DNA of 64,000 nucleotides from Hydrogenophaga sp. (GCF_030158645.1 NZ_JAOASO010000144.1:8815-72814); one strand, 5' to 3'. Positions 22,838 through 33,162 are shown, counted from the first letter of the stretch. The notes: generated from the letters alone by a model not told the origin. Program-made: numbers and translations.

Positions 22838-24130
22838 ATGAAAACCCAACGCGTCCTCACCGGCATCACCACCTCCGGCACACCCCACCTGGGCAACTAC
22901 GTGGGCGCCGTGCGCCCCACCGTGCGCGCCAGCCGCCTGGCCGAGGTCGAGAGCTTTTACTTCCTGGCCGACTACCACGCGCTCATCAAGGTGGGCGAGC
23001 CCGCGCGCGTGCAGCGCTCGACGCTGGAGATCGCCGCCACCTGGCTCGCCTGCGGGCTCGATCCCGACAAGGTCACCTTCTACCGCCAGTCCGACATTCC
23101 CGAGATCCCCGAACTCACCTGGTTTCTCACCTGTGTGACCGGCAAGGGCGTGCTCAACCGCGCGCACGCCTACAAAGCCTCGGTCGACAAGAACAACGCC
23201 GCCAACGAGGACCCGGACGCCGGCGTCACGGCGGGTCTCTTCATGTACCCGGTGCTGATGGCGGCCGACATCCTGATGTTCAACGCGCACCAAGTGCCGG
23301 TGGGGCGCGATCAGATCCAGCACATTGAAATGGCGCGCGACATCGCGGCCAGCTTCAACCACCTCTACGGCGAGCACTTCACGCTGCCCGAAGCCGCCAT
23401 TGAAGAGCACGTGGCCACGCTGCCCGGGCTCGATGGCCGCAAGATGAGCAAGAGCTACGACAACACCATCCCGTTGTTTGCGCCGCGCGATCAGTTGAAG
23501 AAGCTCATCATGGGCATCGTGACCGACTCGCGCGCACCGGGCGAGCCCAAGTCCACCGAAGGTTCGGCGCTGTTCCAGCTTTACCAGGCCTTTGCCTCGG
23601 CTGACGAGACGGCCGCGCTGGCCAGTGCCTATGCCGACGGTATTGCCTGGGGAGAAGCCAAGCAGGCGTTGTTCGAGCGGCTGGACCGGGAAATTGCGCC
23701 GCTGCGCATGGTTTACGACGAACTGATCCAGGAACCCGAACGGATCGAACGCACGCTCAAGGCCGGTGCTGAAAAGGCACGCGCCATCGCCACACCGTTC
23801 ACCGCAAGGCTGCGACACGCCGTCGGCTTGCGCCCCCTGCAGGTGGCCACAACGCCGGCTGCCACCAAAGGCAGCAAAACAGCGGCGCCCGCCTTCAAGC
23901 AGTACCGGGAACATGACGGTCTGTTCTATTTCAAACTGATGGGCGCACACGGCGAGTTGCTGCTGCAGAGCACCGGCTTCGCCGTGCCGCGCGATGCGGC
24001 GCAGGTCGTGACACGCCTGCAGCGCGAAGGCCCTGCGGCGCTGGAGGCACTCGCAACCCAGCTGACCATCCTCGGCGAGGCGGGTGACGTGCGGGCCGCA
24101 TTGCGCTGGTTCAGCGAACGTGACGCCTGA
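22838..24130 (+). CDS. trpS: Tryptophan--tRNA ligase with extra C-terminal domain
   Basis: TTSGTPHLGNY (HIGH-like), PVGRDQIQHIE, KMSKS. Confidence 0.95.
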   Translation: MKTQRVLTGITTSGTPHLGNYVGAVRPTVRASRLAEVESFYFLADYHALIKVGEPARVQRSTLEIAATWLACGLDPDKVTFYRQSDIPEIPELTWFLTCVTGKGVLNRAHAYKASVDKNNAANEDPDAGVTAGLFMYPVLMAADILMFNAHQVPVGRDQIQHIEMARDIAASFNHLYGEHFTLPEAAIEEHVATLPGLDGRKMSKSYDNTIPLFAPRDQLKKLIMGIVTDSRAPGEPKSTEGSALFQLYQAFASADETAALASAYADGIAWGEAKQALFERLDREIAPLRMVYDELIQEPERIERTLKAGAEKARAIATPFTARLRHAVGLRPLQVATTPAATKGSKTAAPAFKQYREHDGLFYFKLMGAHGELLLQSTGFAVPRDAAQVVTRLQREGPAALEALATQLTILGEAGDVRAALRWFSERDA

Positions 24131-24254
24131 TGGGGAGCCCCTTGAGGCGGTGCTGGCCGACCGCTGCGCTCCTTTGGGTAACATCTCGGCTTTCATGCGC
24201 GTACCATGTGGGGTATTCAGCCGTCGGGTGCCTGAGCGCTTCATACCGTGCGGC

Positions 24255-24276
24255 AAGTCCCACGCCGGGACTTTTT
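24255..24276 (+). terminator. Terminator-like hairpin between trpS and the response regulator
   Basis: aagtccc-acgcc-gggactt followed by ttt. Confidence 0.5.
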
Positions 24277-24357
24277 CTGCCCTGGGCGGCATCGCCAACG
24301 GTCCGACGAGTCGATATGCTCTTTGGTTGACACCATTTATTACCAGCACAGCCCGAT

Positions 24358-24951
24358 ATGAGTATTTTTGTTATTGACGACCACCCGCTCATGCGTGAAG
24401 CCGTCGTCATGCTGCTTCGCCGCCTACGGGCCTCGACCCAGGTGATTGAACTCGAACGGCTGGCGTCGGTGAGCAAGGCCATTGCCGAACACGGCGAACC
24501 CGAACTGGTCTGTCTGGACCTCAAGTTGCCCGACACCAACGGCGTCTCCGGTGTGAGAGAAGTGCGCCAGATGTTGCCCGATACCTCGTTGATCGTGCTG
24601 TCCGCATCGCCGTCGTCCGACTACGAAGACCTGGCCCGCGAAGCCGGTGCCGACGCGTACGTGGAGAAATCGGCCGGCGCGGCGCAAATCGCCAAGGTGC
24701 TGCGCGAGTTCCTGACCGACGAAGTGGAAGACGAAAACGCACCCACCATTCCGGACAAACTCTCCAAGCGCCAGAAACAGCTGCTGGTCATGCTCGACCG
24801 CGGCCTGAGCAACCGCGACATCGCCGAACAACTGCAAATCAGCGAGCACACGGTCAAGGTGCACTTGTGGCGCCTGTTCCGCCGGCTCAACGTCAAGAGC
24901 CGCTCACAAGCCAGCCACCTCGCCCGCACCGCCGGCCTGCTGGACCTTTGA
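24358..24951 (+). CDS. NarL/LuxR-family response regulator
   Basis: VIDDHPLMR, LDLKLPD phospho-acceptor, LSKRQKQLL...GLSNRDIA...HTVKVH HTH. Confidence 0.92.
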   Translation: MSIFVIDDHPLMREAVVMLLRRLRASTQVIELERLASVSKAIAEHGEPELVCLDLKLPDTNGVSGVREVRQMLPDTSLIVLSASPSSDYEDLAREAGADAYVEKSAGAAQIAKVLREFLTDEVEDENAPTIPDKLSKRQKQLLVMLDRGLSNRDIAEQLQISEHTVKVHLWRLFRRLNVKSRSQASHLARTAGLLDL

Positions 24952-24977
24952 AGCCACGGAGCGCGAGCGGCCTGTGA

Positions 24978-26435
24978 TCAGGCCGGACCGCGCACCACCG
25001 TGGGTTCGGGCAACCCGGTGCCCTCCTGCTGGGTGAACGCCGGCAACATCACCCGGAACACGCTGCCCCGATTCGCTTCCGAAGTCAGGGCCAGCTGATA
25101 GCCCATCAACGACGCCAGTTTCGACACGATCGTCAGGCCGAGTCCGAGGCTGTCCTCGGTGCCCTGGTGCTGGGACACCCGGAAGAACTCCTGGAAGATC
25201 GCCTGTTGGTGTTCGCGCGCGATGCCCACGCCGGTGTCCCAGACCTCGAACACCAGCATGTCTTCGCGCTGCCGCAAGGCGAGCAAGACGCCGCCCTGGT
25301 GGGTGTGCCGCAGCGCATTGGAGACCAGGTTGCCCAGAATGCGTCGCAACACCACCGGGTCCGACCACAGCGTGATGGGGCGGGTGTGGGTGCGAAGTCG
25401 CAGCGACTTCCCCACCGCCACCGGCTCGAACTGCAGCGACAGATCGGCAAACAGCTTGATCACGTCCACGTGCTGCAGACGCACCTTGTAATTGCCCGCG
25501 TCGATGCGCGTGAGATCGAACAACGAATCAAAGAGCTCGTTGATCGCCCGGGTGGACTGCAGGATGCGCGGCGCGATGTCGCGCGCCATTTCGGGCTCGG
25601 TGGCCAACCAGTCGGCGTACAGGCTCAACGCATGCACGGGCTGGCGGAGGTCGTGCGCTGCAGAGGCCAGAAAACGGTTTTTGGTGGCCACGGCACGCAA
25701 CGAGGCGCGGGTCTGCAAGGTCAGGGAATCGATCAGCTCCTGATTGGAAAACTGCAACTCAAAACTGGCATGGTGGACCCGGTGCATGCGTGTGCCGGTC
25801 ATGACGAGCAAACCCCAGAAAGCCACCAGGAGCGCCATCAGCACCAACCCGGTCTGCGTTGCACCGACAGGCTGAGAAGAGAAGATCGTGATACCCACCA
25901 GGCTCAGAAACACCGAGAGCATGAGGGCGTTGGCATAGGTGCGGTACACCGGCAGGTACGAGCTGAACGAAGTGAGCGTGAGCAGACCCTGCCCCAGCAC
26001 CACCAGCGCGCACACAAACTGGGTGGCGGCTGGCGCCTGCTGGTAGCTCAACAACACCGGTCCCCCCCATAGAAAGGCCACGGCGGCCCACGTCCAGTGG
26101 TAGCGGTTGATGAAGGTGATGCGTTGCGGCCCTTCCAGGCTGTCGTAACGCAGGCGGTAAATGCCGATCAGCCGATACCGGTACACCAGCATGGCCAGCA
26201 TGAGGACCGCCCAGACCAGCAGTCCCACCGTGTTGACCTCCCCCGCCATCATGTAGATGAGCAATGGCAGAGACAGCGTGGCCACGATCAGCGAAGGCCC
26301 CATGCCATCCATCAACACGCCAATGAGCTGCGAATTGACCCAGTGGTCACGCACCTCTGGCGATGCCGGCACGTGTTGGTAAGTCGCGGGTTGGGTGTCG
26401 ACGAGCATGGGCAGTGAAGAGCGGCGGTGAGGCAT
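24978..26435 (-). CDS. Membrane sensor histidine kinase (start could be 26408)
   Basis: Multiple TMs, H-box ASAAHDLRQPVHAL, NLVSNALRHT, DTGVGI, GLGLGL; convergent with the LuxR regulator. Confidence 0.92.
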   Translation of the reverse strand: MPHRRSSLPMLVDTQPATYQHVPASPEVRDHWVNSQLIGVLMDGMGPSLIVATLSLPLLIYMMAGEVNTVGLLVWAVLMLAMLVYRYRLIGIYRLRYDSLEGPQRITFINRYHWTWAAVAFLWGGPVLLSYQQAPAATQFVCALVVLGQGLLTLTSFSSYLPVYRTYANALMLSVFLSLVGITIFSSQPVGATQTGLVLMALLVAFWGLLVMTGTRMHRVHHASFELQFSNQELIDSLTLQTRASLRAVATKNRFLASAAHDLRQPVHALSLYADWLATEPEMARDIAPRILQSTRAINELFDSLFDLTRIDAGNYKVRLQHVDVIKLFADLSLQFEPVAVGKSLRLRTHTRPITLWSDPVVLRRILGNLVSNALRHTHQGGVLLALRQREDMLVFEVWDTGVGIAREHQQAIFQEFFRVSQHQGTEDSLGLGLTIVSKLASLMGYQLALTSEANRGSVFRVMLPAFTQQEGTGLPEPTVVRGPA

Positions 26436-26523
26436 TGTCTCACCGGCTTTGTGCGCCGCGCGGGCCGACCTCGAGCACTCGAGCGCCTGCTATACTCGCT
26501 GGCTAACGATGAAGACCGACACC

Positions 26524-26612
<89 letters not shown>

Positions 26613-26621
26613 CAAGTCCAG

Positions 26622-26648
26622 AAGCCCCTGTTACGCAGGGGCTTTTTT
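26622..26648 (+). terminator. Terminator after tRNA-Ser
   Basis: aagcccctg-ttacg-caggggctt followed by a T-run. Confidence 0.85.
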
Positions 26649-26948
26649 GTTGGCGGGGCGCCCGTGTTCACGCTGGGTTCGGGAGGCTTCGGTTTCTCGG
26701 TCCTCTCACGGAGTTGATGGTCGCGGAATTGCACGCGGCCAATGAAGCATCGCGGGACTCCAATCAGCCGACCTCATCGCCGTGGGCGGCGATCGTCTGA
26801 TGCCACCTCGACATCGCCCGACCCACCCAAGCAATAGCCCTACACCGTTGGTGGGATTGCCGCATTTCTTGTCGGAGGTTGCGGCCTGCCTCACAGTCAA
26901 GTCCGTGTAAAGCCTCGGTGTCTGTTTGAATCGTTACGACTTTTTCGC

Positions 26949-27485
26949 ATGAGCTCGACCCCCTTTCCCCCTCCGCTGCTCAGTTCGGCCGACATCCAGC
27001 TCGACAGAGACATCTTCCTGCGTGCGCTGCTTCGCGAGCTGTCCGGCACACTGGAAAATGTGGTCGGGCTTGACGACGCTTCTGGATTCATCAGCGTGGT
27101 GGGTCAGCGTGTGGGCGAGTGGATTGAAGCGGAATACCGCGCTGTGCTTGGCTCATCCCAAATGGACAGAGAGCAGGTCACGGCGGTGCTGATCGATCTC
27201 AAACGCCGCATCCACGGCGACTTCTATGTCATCGAGGCGGACGACACCAAAATCGTGCTGGGCAATCGTGCCTGCCCATTCGGCGACAAGGTGTTGGGGC
27301 GCTCCTCACTTTGCATGATGACGTCGAACGTCTTTGGGACGATCGCCGCGCAGAACCTCGGTCGAGCCAAGGTGGTGCTGCAAAAAACGATCGCCAAAGG
27401 CTCGACCACGTGCCAGGTGGTGCTCCACTTGAAGCCAGGTGCAGAAGCTGACGCTGAGGACGGGCGCGAATACTTTCGCATTTGA
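26949..27485 (+). CDS. Stand-alone methanogen output domain 1 (MetOD1)/V4R-like protein
   Basis: LDRDIFLRALLRELSGTLE, NRACPFG, LCMMTSNVFG, KTIAKG...C pattern recognised from memory of the family. Confidence 0.75.
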   Translation: MSSTPFPPPLLSSADIQLDRDIFLRALLRELSGTLENVVGLDDASGFISVVGQRVGEWIEAEYRAVLGSSQMDREQVTAVLIDLKRRIHGDFYVIEADDTKIVLGNRACPFGDKVLGRSSLCMMTSNVFGTIAAQNLGRAKVVLQKTIAKGSTTCQVVLHLKPGAEADAEDGREYFRI

Positions 27486-27498
27486 GGGCACATCTCCG

Positions 27499-29568
27499 AT
27501 GAGCTTCTCTCCTCAGCTCTGTGTGCAGATGTTCGAGGCGCATCCCGATGCGCACTGGCTGGTTGACGATCGTGGTGTGCTGAAACACGCCAACAAGGCC
27601 GCCCTTCGCCTGATGGGAAACCTGGCGACAGTGCCGGTTGGCGAAAAGATCTCGACCCTGGTCGTCGATGAGCCGACGCGCTGTGAAGAGCTCATTCGGC
27701 AGGGCTTGCGCAGCACGATTTCGACGCCGGCGCGATTGCGGTTGCGCACCGGCGACGCGGGTGAGGTCACCTGCCGGTGTGACATTGCGCTGCTGAGCCC
27801 GGCTTCTTGCGGGGAACCCGCCTTGCTGTGGTGCAGGCTGGTGGAACAAGGTTTGGGGAAAAACCAGTTCGCGGTTCTCAACCAGCAGATTCAAGCCTTG
27901 AAGCTCGAAATCGCAAGAAGACAGGCCGCAGAAGCGGACATGAGGCGGCAGAGCGAATGGCTGGAAACGGTGTTGCTGGGCATCGCCGAGGGCGTCATTG
28001 CCATCGACTTGGATGGCTGCGTGCTGTTCATGAACCAGGTGGCTGCCGAACTGACCGGCTGGCCCAGGGCCCTTTCAATGGGCCGATTGATCGGCGAGGT
28101 GATTCAACTGGTCGCGGTGGGGAGTTCAGACCGGAAGGAACAAGTTGCCGTCAACGTGCCACTCCCGGAAGGCCATCTCGACGGCAGGCGGCTGCAACTG
28201 GTGGGGCGGAGCGGGAAAGCCAGCATGGTGCAGGTGTCCACTTCAGCGCTGACCAGCGAGTCGGGCGCGAACCGGGGCACCGTGTTTGTTCTCCGCTCGG
28301 TTGAGGACGAACTGAAGGCTGAGCGTGAACAGCTTGCGCTCGAGCATCAGCTGCGCGAATCCCAGAAGATGGAGGCCTTGGGCACGATGGCCGGCGGCAT
28401 CGCGCACGATTTCAACAACATCGTCGCGGCCATTCTGGGCAATGTGGAGATGGCGCTCGAGGACACGCCGCCGGAGTCGGACTCCAGCGTGAGCCTCCTG
28501 GAGATTCGCAAATCGGGCCGGCGAGCACGTGACCTGGTGCAACAAATCCTGACCTTCAGCCGCCGGCAAGACAACACCCGAGCGCCCGTCGCCGTGGCAG
28601 CGCTGCTGCACGAGGCGCGACACATGCTCCGAACCGCTCTCCCGCCAGAAGCGGAGTTGGTGATTCACGCCGACGGAGAGCTTCCCAAGGTTTGGGGGAA
28701 CGCGACGCAAATCGAGCAAGTCTTCCTCAATTTGACGGGCAACGCGGCGCAAGCGTTGGAGGGGCGCTCGCTCGGCAAGGTTTGGGTGCACGTGAGCAGG
28801 TTCGAAGGCTTGCCACTGCCCTGCGACCCGGACGAAATCGACGTGATACCGACCGATCTGCAATCCTCGAACGTCAGCTTGTGCATCCGTGTGAGCGACA
28901 ACGGGGTCGGTATGACACCGCAGACCCTGTCCAGAATATTCGAGCCCTTCTTCACAACAAAAGCGGTGGGAAGTGGCACGGGGCTTGGGCTCGCGGTGGT
29001 GCACGGCATTCTGCGCGAGCACAACGCAGCGCTCAGGGTCAAGAGCACACAGGGCCAAGGCACCACGTTCTCGGTCTGGTTACCCGCCATGGACGAAGCC
29101 GATTCGTTGGATGCATCGGTGCCAGCGACACTGGCAGCAGCGGAGCCATTCAAGGCAAAGGTCGCCAACGCTTCGCAAATCCTGTACGTGGATGACGACG
29201 AAGCCATGGCGTTTCTGGTGCAACGCTTTCTCGAGCGCAACGGGTACCGGGTCACCACCTGCTTCAGCCCGGACGAAGCCCTGAACGTCCTGCGCTCGAA
29301 TGCGTTGGTCTTCACGTTGTGCATCACCGACTACAACATGCCCGGGATGTCAGGCCTTGGGCTTGCCAGAGCGATCAAATCGCTTCAGCCGACGCTCTCC
29401 GTTGCAATCGCCTCCGGCTACATCAGCGATGAACTTCGTGAGCTGGCACCGAAGGCGGGCGTGAGTGAACTGATCTACAAGCCCAACACCGTGGAAGAGC
29501 TGTGCCGCACGATTGAGCGCTTGATTGAGAGGGACACCGCGTGTGAAGCGAACGGATCGCACGAGTGA
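27499..29568 (+). CDS. Cytoplasmic PAS-PAS hybrid histidine kinase with receiver domain
   Basis: Two PAS-like regions, GGIAHDFNN, NLTGNA, DNGVGM, FEPFFTTK, GTGLGL; receiver VDDD...TDYNMP...YKP; no TM. Confidence 0.93.
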   Translation: MSFSPQLCVQMFEAHPDAHWLVDDRGVLKHANKAALRLMGNLATVPVGEKISTLVVDEPTRCEELIRQGLRSTISTPARLRLRTGDAGEVTCRCDIALLSPASCGEPALLWCRLVEQGLGKNQFAVLNQQIQALKLEIARRQAAEADMRRQSEWLETVLLGIAEGVIAIDLDGCVLFMNQVAAELTGWPRALSMGRLIGEVIQLVAVGSSDRKEQVAVNVPLPEGHLDGRRLQLVGRSGKASMVQVSTSALTSESGANRGTVFVLRSVEDELKAEREQLALEHQLRESQKMEALGTMAGGIAHDFNNIVAAILGNVEMALEDTPPESDSSVSLLEIRKSGRRARDLVQQILTFSRRQDNTRAPVAVAALLHEARHMLRTALPPEAELVIHADGELPKVWGNATQIEQVFLNLTGNAAQALEGRSLGKVWVHVSRFEGLPLPCDPDEIDVIPTDLQSSNVSLCIRVSDNGVGMTPQTLSRIFEPFFTTKAVGSGTGLGLAVVHGILREHNAALRVKSTQGQGTTFSVWLPAMDEADSLDASVPATLAAAEPFKAKVANASQILYVDDDEAMAFLVQRFLERNGYRVTTCFSPDEALNVLRSNALVFTLCITDYNMPGMSGLGLARAIKSLQPTLSVAIASGYISDELRELAPKAGVSELIYKPNTVEELCRTIERLIERDTACEANGSHE

Positions 29569-30118
29569 TGGAGTCGGCATGACAGGCCCCCTGCTGCCGC
29601 ACCCCTCAAAAGGCGGGATGCCGGTTTAGACCCCATGCCCGGGGACCGTCTGCGGCGGGGACTGTTTCCTTGAACCCAGCCTGGGCCGGCAGCACACGCC
29701 ACTCAGCGCTCCTCCACCTTGAGCGGTCGAGCGACAGCACGCACGCCGTCGCTGCCTCCACAAAACCAGCGGGTCCGGCCCCGATCGGCCATCCCTGGCG
29801 AAGGTCAGGAAGAAGCGCCCCATGATCCATGTCAAACCGGGCACCCAGGCTCGGGCCCACACTGAAGGCACGGACCGGCAGCCCTTCCTTGTTTGACCGA
29901 TTCTTGACGCCTTGAACCCGCGCCCTGGAGAAAGCGCCGCAAACCTGAGTGCGGTCCACCGCTCCCTGTGGCTCTCGGCGAAGGCGTCCAGACCATCCAT
30001 CGGCGCCGTGCCTTTGGGGCCATGAACAGAAGATGAACGCGCCGTTCAGCCTGCATGCACGCATGCATTTCCACAATGCAGGCATGTCACACGCTGACCC
30101 GCCTTGAAAGAACGTCCC

Positions 30119-30442
30119 ATGAAACACTCCCCCTGTCTTCGACATGGCTTGCTGGCGCTGTCACTCAGCTGGGCCGCGTTGCCAGCTCTGGCCGACGATG
30201 ACTGCGATGCGCCGCTGAATCGCTGGCAGTCACGCGACGCCGTGCATCAGATGGCCGCCGCCCAGGGCTGGCAGATCCAGCGGCTGAAGATCGACGACGG
30301 TTGCTACGAAGTGCGCGGCACCGATGCCCTGGGCCGCACCTTCAAGGCCCGGATTGATCCGGAGACCCTGAAGGTCTTGAAGCTCAAGCAGGAAGACCAC
30401 CAACGAGACCGTGATCGCGATCGCGATCGCAAGGCCGAATGA
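30119..30442 (+). CDS. Secreted PepSY-domain protein
   Basis: Signal peptide, DDDC...WQSRDAV...GWQIQRLKIDDGCYEV...IDPETL. Confidence 0.85.
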   Translation: MKHSPCLRHGLLALSLSWAALPALADDDCDAPLNRWQSRDAVHQMAAAQGWQIQRLKIDDGCYEVRGTDALGRTFKARIDPETLKVLKLKQEDHQRDRDRDRDRKAE

Positions 30443-30467
30443 CCACCACCCCCACCGGAGCACCACC

Positions 30468-30944
30468 ATGTCCAGACCCCTTTTGACGATTGTGGCCACC
30501 GCTTGCGCGCTGGCCCTGCCCGCCCTGGCACACAGCCGCCCCCTCACGCTGACCGCCCAGCTCAAGAACTACGGCGGCGACGGCGCCTACATCGCGGCCT
30601 ACCTGACCGATGCCAAGGGCGCCTATGTGCGCACGCTGTGGGTCGCTGGCGGCAAGGCCAAATACCACCAGCACTTGTCCGACTGGAACCGCCTCTCGGC
30701 CGGCGACACCAAGCGGCTGGACGGCGTCACCGGCGCCAGCGTGGGCGCGGGGCGAACACTCAAGGTCACCGCCGAGCTGGCCGACGCGCTGATCGACGCG
30801 GGCTATGAGATCCGCATTGACGCCGCGGCAGAAGACATGCGCGACAGCCCGTCGGAAGTCCGCATACCGCTGTCCACCGCCAACGTGGGCAAGCCACAGC
30901 CCGGCAAGCAGTACATCCAGTCCGCGACCTTCGAGCTCAAGTGA
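30468..30944 (+). CDS. Secreted DUF2271 protein with flavinylation motif
   Basis: Signal peptide, YGGDGAYIAAYL, DGVTGAS at 30720-30740. Confidence 0.85.
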   Translation: MSRPLLTIVATACALALPALAHSRPLTLTAQLKNYGGDGAYIAAYLTDAKGAYVRTLWVAGGKAKYHQHLSDWNRLSAGDTKRLDGVTGASVGAGRTLKVTAELADALIDAGYEIRIDAAAEDMRDSPSEVRIPLSTANVGKPQPGKQYIQSATFELK

Positions 30945-30954
30945 AGGCGCTCGC

Positions 30955-33162
30955 ATGAGCTGGAAAGCCCTCCACCGCTGGCTGGGCCTGACCGTGGGCA
31001 CCCTGGCCGTGGTGCTGGGTGTCAGCGGCGCCCTGCTGGCGATCGACCCGGTGCAACAGGCTTGGCAGGCACCCGCCGCACCGCGCGATCTGCCGGTGGC
31101 CACGCTGGTGGAGCGCGTCACACGCACCGTACCCGGTGCAGAAGAAATTCGTCGTCTGCCCTCGGGTGCCATCGTGGTGTTCAGCTTTGCGGGTGACCAG
31201 CCACAAGCGTCTTACGTGGATCCGGCCGCTGGCCGGGTGCTGGGTGCCTGGCAAGCCTCGGCGCTGCCGCGCTGGGTGAAAAACCTGCACCGCTCGCTGC
31301 TGCTGGGCGACGCCGGTCGTTGGGGTGCCGCGGGCATTGCGCTGACCATGGCCTTGCTGTGCGCTTCTGCCCTGATGCTGCTGCTGCGCCGCATGGGCGG
31401 CTGGCGGCGGCTGGCGGCGCGGGTGCGCGGCTCGCTGGCGCAGCGCATCCATGTGGTCGCGGGTCGCGTGGTGCTCGCCGTTTTGTGCCTGACGTCGCTC
31501 ACGGCGCTGACCATGAGCGCATCGACCCTGGGGCTGGTCGCGCTGGACACCCGGGCCGAACCCGACGTGCTTTCTCAAGTCACTGGTCAGACCGCGCTGC
31601 CCGCCGCCCAACTGGCCGCGCTGCAAGGTGTGGCCATGCCGGATCTGCGCAAGCTGAACATTCCGAGCGCCAGCGATCCGCAAGACACCTGGAAGGTCAC
31701 CACCGCCCAAGGTCAAGGCTGGATCGACCGGTATTCCGGCCAGATGCTGGCCTGGCAGGACGCCACCCTCGCGCAACGCACGTACGACCTCGCCGTGGTG
31801 CTGCACACGGGCGAAGCGGCCTGGCCCTGGGCCGTGGTGCTGGGGTGCGTGGGCGCCAGCGTGCTGCTGTTCTGGCTGTCGGGCGTTGTGATCTGGTGGC
31901 AGGCTCGCCGGCTGGCGCCCCACATCACGGGCAATGCCCCGCTGGCGCAGGCCGACGTGCTCATCTACGTGGCCAGCGAAGGCGGCAGCACCTGGGCCTT
32001 TGCCCAAACGCTGCAAGACGCGCTGAGCCAGGTCGGCCACCGCGTGCACACCAGCGCGCTGGAGAACTTTCAAACCACGGCCGCCACGCGGCAGGTGTTC
32101 GTGCTGGCCGCCACCTACGGCGAAGGCCAGGCCCCGGCGCACGCCAGCCATGCCCTGGCGCACATCGCCAGGCTCAAGGCTGGCGCCGTGCCGGTGACGG
32201 TGCTGGGCTTTGGCGACCGGCAGTTCCCCGCCTTCTGCGCGTTTGCCCAGGCGCTCGATGAGACGCTGCGCACCCAGGGATGGCCCGCGCTGCTGCCCCT
32301 CGAATGCATCCACCAGCAATCGGGCCAGCAGTTCGCCCGCTGGGGCATTGCACTGGCTCAAGCCATGGGTGAGCCCTTGGTGCTCGAGCATGTGCCGTGC
32401 ACGCCGCCCACCACACCGCTCACGCTCACAGCGCGCCGGGACTACAACGGTGGGGCCGGGCCGGCCACGGCGATCCTGCGATTTGCCTGGCCGGCACAGA
32501 CCCTGGGCGCACGCCTGCGCGGGCACGGCCTGGCGCGGTTTGCAGCGGGCGATCTCGTGGGCATCGTGCCGCCGGGTTCGGCCGTGCCGCGTTACTACTC
32601 GCTGGCCTCGGGCCAGGAAGACGGCTTCCTGGAAATCTGCGTGCGTCAGATGGCGGGCGGTCTGTGCTCCACGCATTTGCTGGGCCTCCAGCTGGGGGAC
32701 AGCACCACCGCCTTCATCCGGTCCAACCCGGGTTTTGCATTGCCGCGAACGCGGCGGCCGGTGCTGCTGATCGGGGCGGGCACCGGCGTGGCACCGTTGG
32801 CCGGCTTCATCCGCCGCAACGACCGACGCACACCCATGCACCTGTACTTTGGCGGGCGCGACCCGGCGCGGGACTTTTACTTTGGCCCCGACATCCAGCG
32901 CTGGCTCGTTGAAGGCCGCCTGGCCACGCTGCACACGGCGTTCTCGCGCGTGCCCGATGGCGGCGGCTACGTGCAGGACGCTCTGCGACGCGACGCCGAG
33001 CAACTGCGTGACTGGGCCTCACAGGGCGCGATCGTGCGCGTTTGCGGCGGCCGCGCCATGGCGCAGGGCGTGGCCGAGGCGCTGGACGCGGTGCTGGCGC
33101 CGCTGCAACTGAGCGTGGCCAAGCTCAAAGCCAGCGAGCGTTATGCCGAAGATGTCTTCTGA
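30955..33162 (+). CDS. PepSY-associated TM protein fused to flavodoxin and FAD/NAD(P)H-binding reductase domains
   Basis: LHRWLG/LHRSL/LHTG heme-type His helices; YVASEGGST flavodoxin; PRYYSLAS, GAGTGVAP, LYFGGR; CysJ-like end YAEDVF. Confidence 0.88.
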   Translation: MSWKALHRWLGLTVGTLAVVLGVSGALLAIDPVQQAWQAPAAPRDLPVATLVERVTRTVPGAEEIRRLPSGAIVVFSFAGDQPQASYVDPAAGRVLGAWQASALPRWVKNLHRSLLLGDAGRWGAAGIALTMALLCASALMLLLRRMGGWRRLAARVRGSLAQRIHVVAGRVVLAVLCLTSLTALTMSASTLGLVALDTRAEPDVLSQVTGQTALPAAQLAALQGVAMPDLRKLNIPSASDPQDTWKVTTAQGQGWIDRYSGQMLAWQDATLAQRTYDLAVVLHTGEAAWPWAVVLGCVGASVLLFWLSGVVIWWQARRLAPHITGNAPLAQADVLIYVASEGGSTWAFAQTLQDALSQVGHRVHTSALENFQTTAATRQVFVLAATYGEGQAPAHASHALAHIARLKAGAVPVTVLGFGDRQFPAFCAFAQALDETLRTQGWPALLPLECIHQQSGQQFARWGIALAQAMGEPLVLEHVPCTPPTTPLTLTARRDYNGGAGPATAILRFAWPAQTLGARLRGHGLARFAAGDLVGIVPPGSAVPRYYSLASGQEDGFLEICVRQMAGGLCSTHLLGLQLGDSTTAFIRSNPGFALPRTRRPVLLIGAGTGVAPLAGFIRRNDRRTPMHLYFGGRDPARDFYFGPDIQRWLVEGRLATLHTAFSRVPDGGGYVQDALRRDAEQLRDWASQGAIVRVCGGRAMAQGVAEALDAVLAPLQLSVAKLKASERYAEDVF

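Noticed and set aside
29569-30118. 550-bp gap with small ORFs, TGCATG repeats and a gcctgcat/atgcaggc inverted repeat (30049-30083)
   Set aside because: No recognisable protein remnant or regulator consensus; the repeat may be an operator for the PepSY operon but support is too thin.
30405-30430. gatcgc tandem repeat
   Set aside because: Encodes a short RD low-complexity tail of PepSY; not frameshifting, so not a phase-variation tract.
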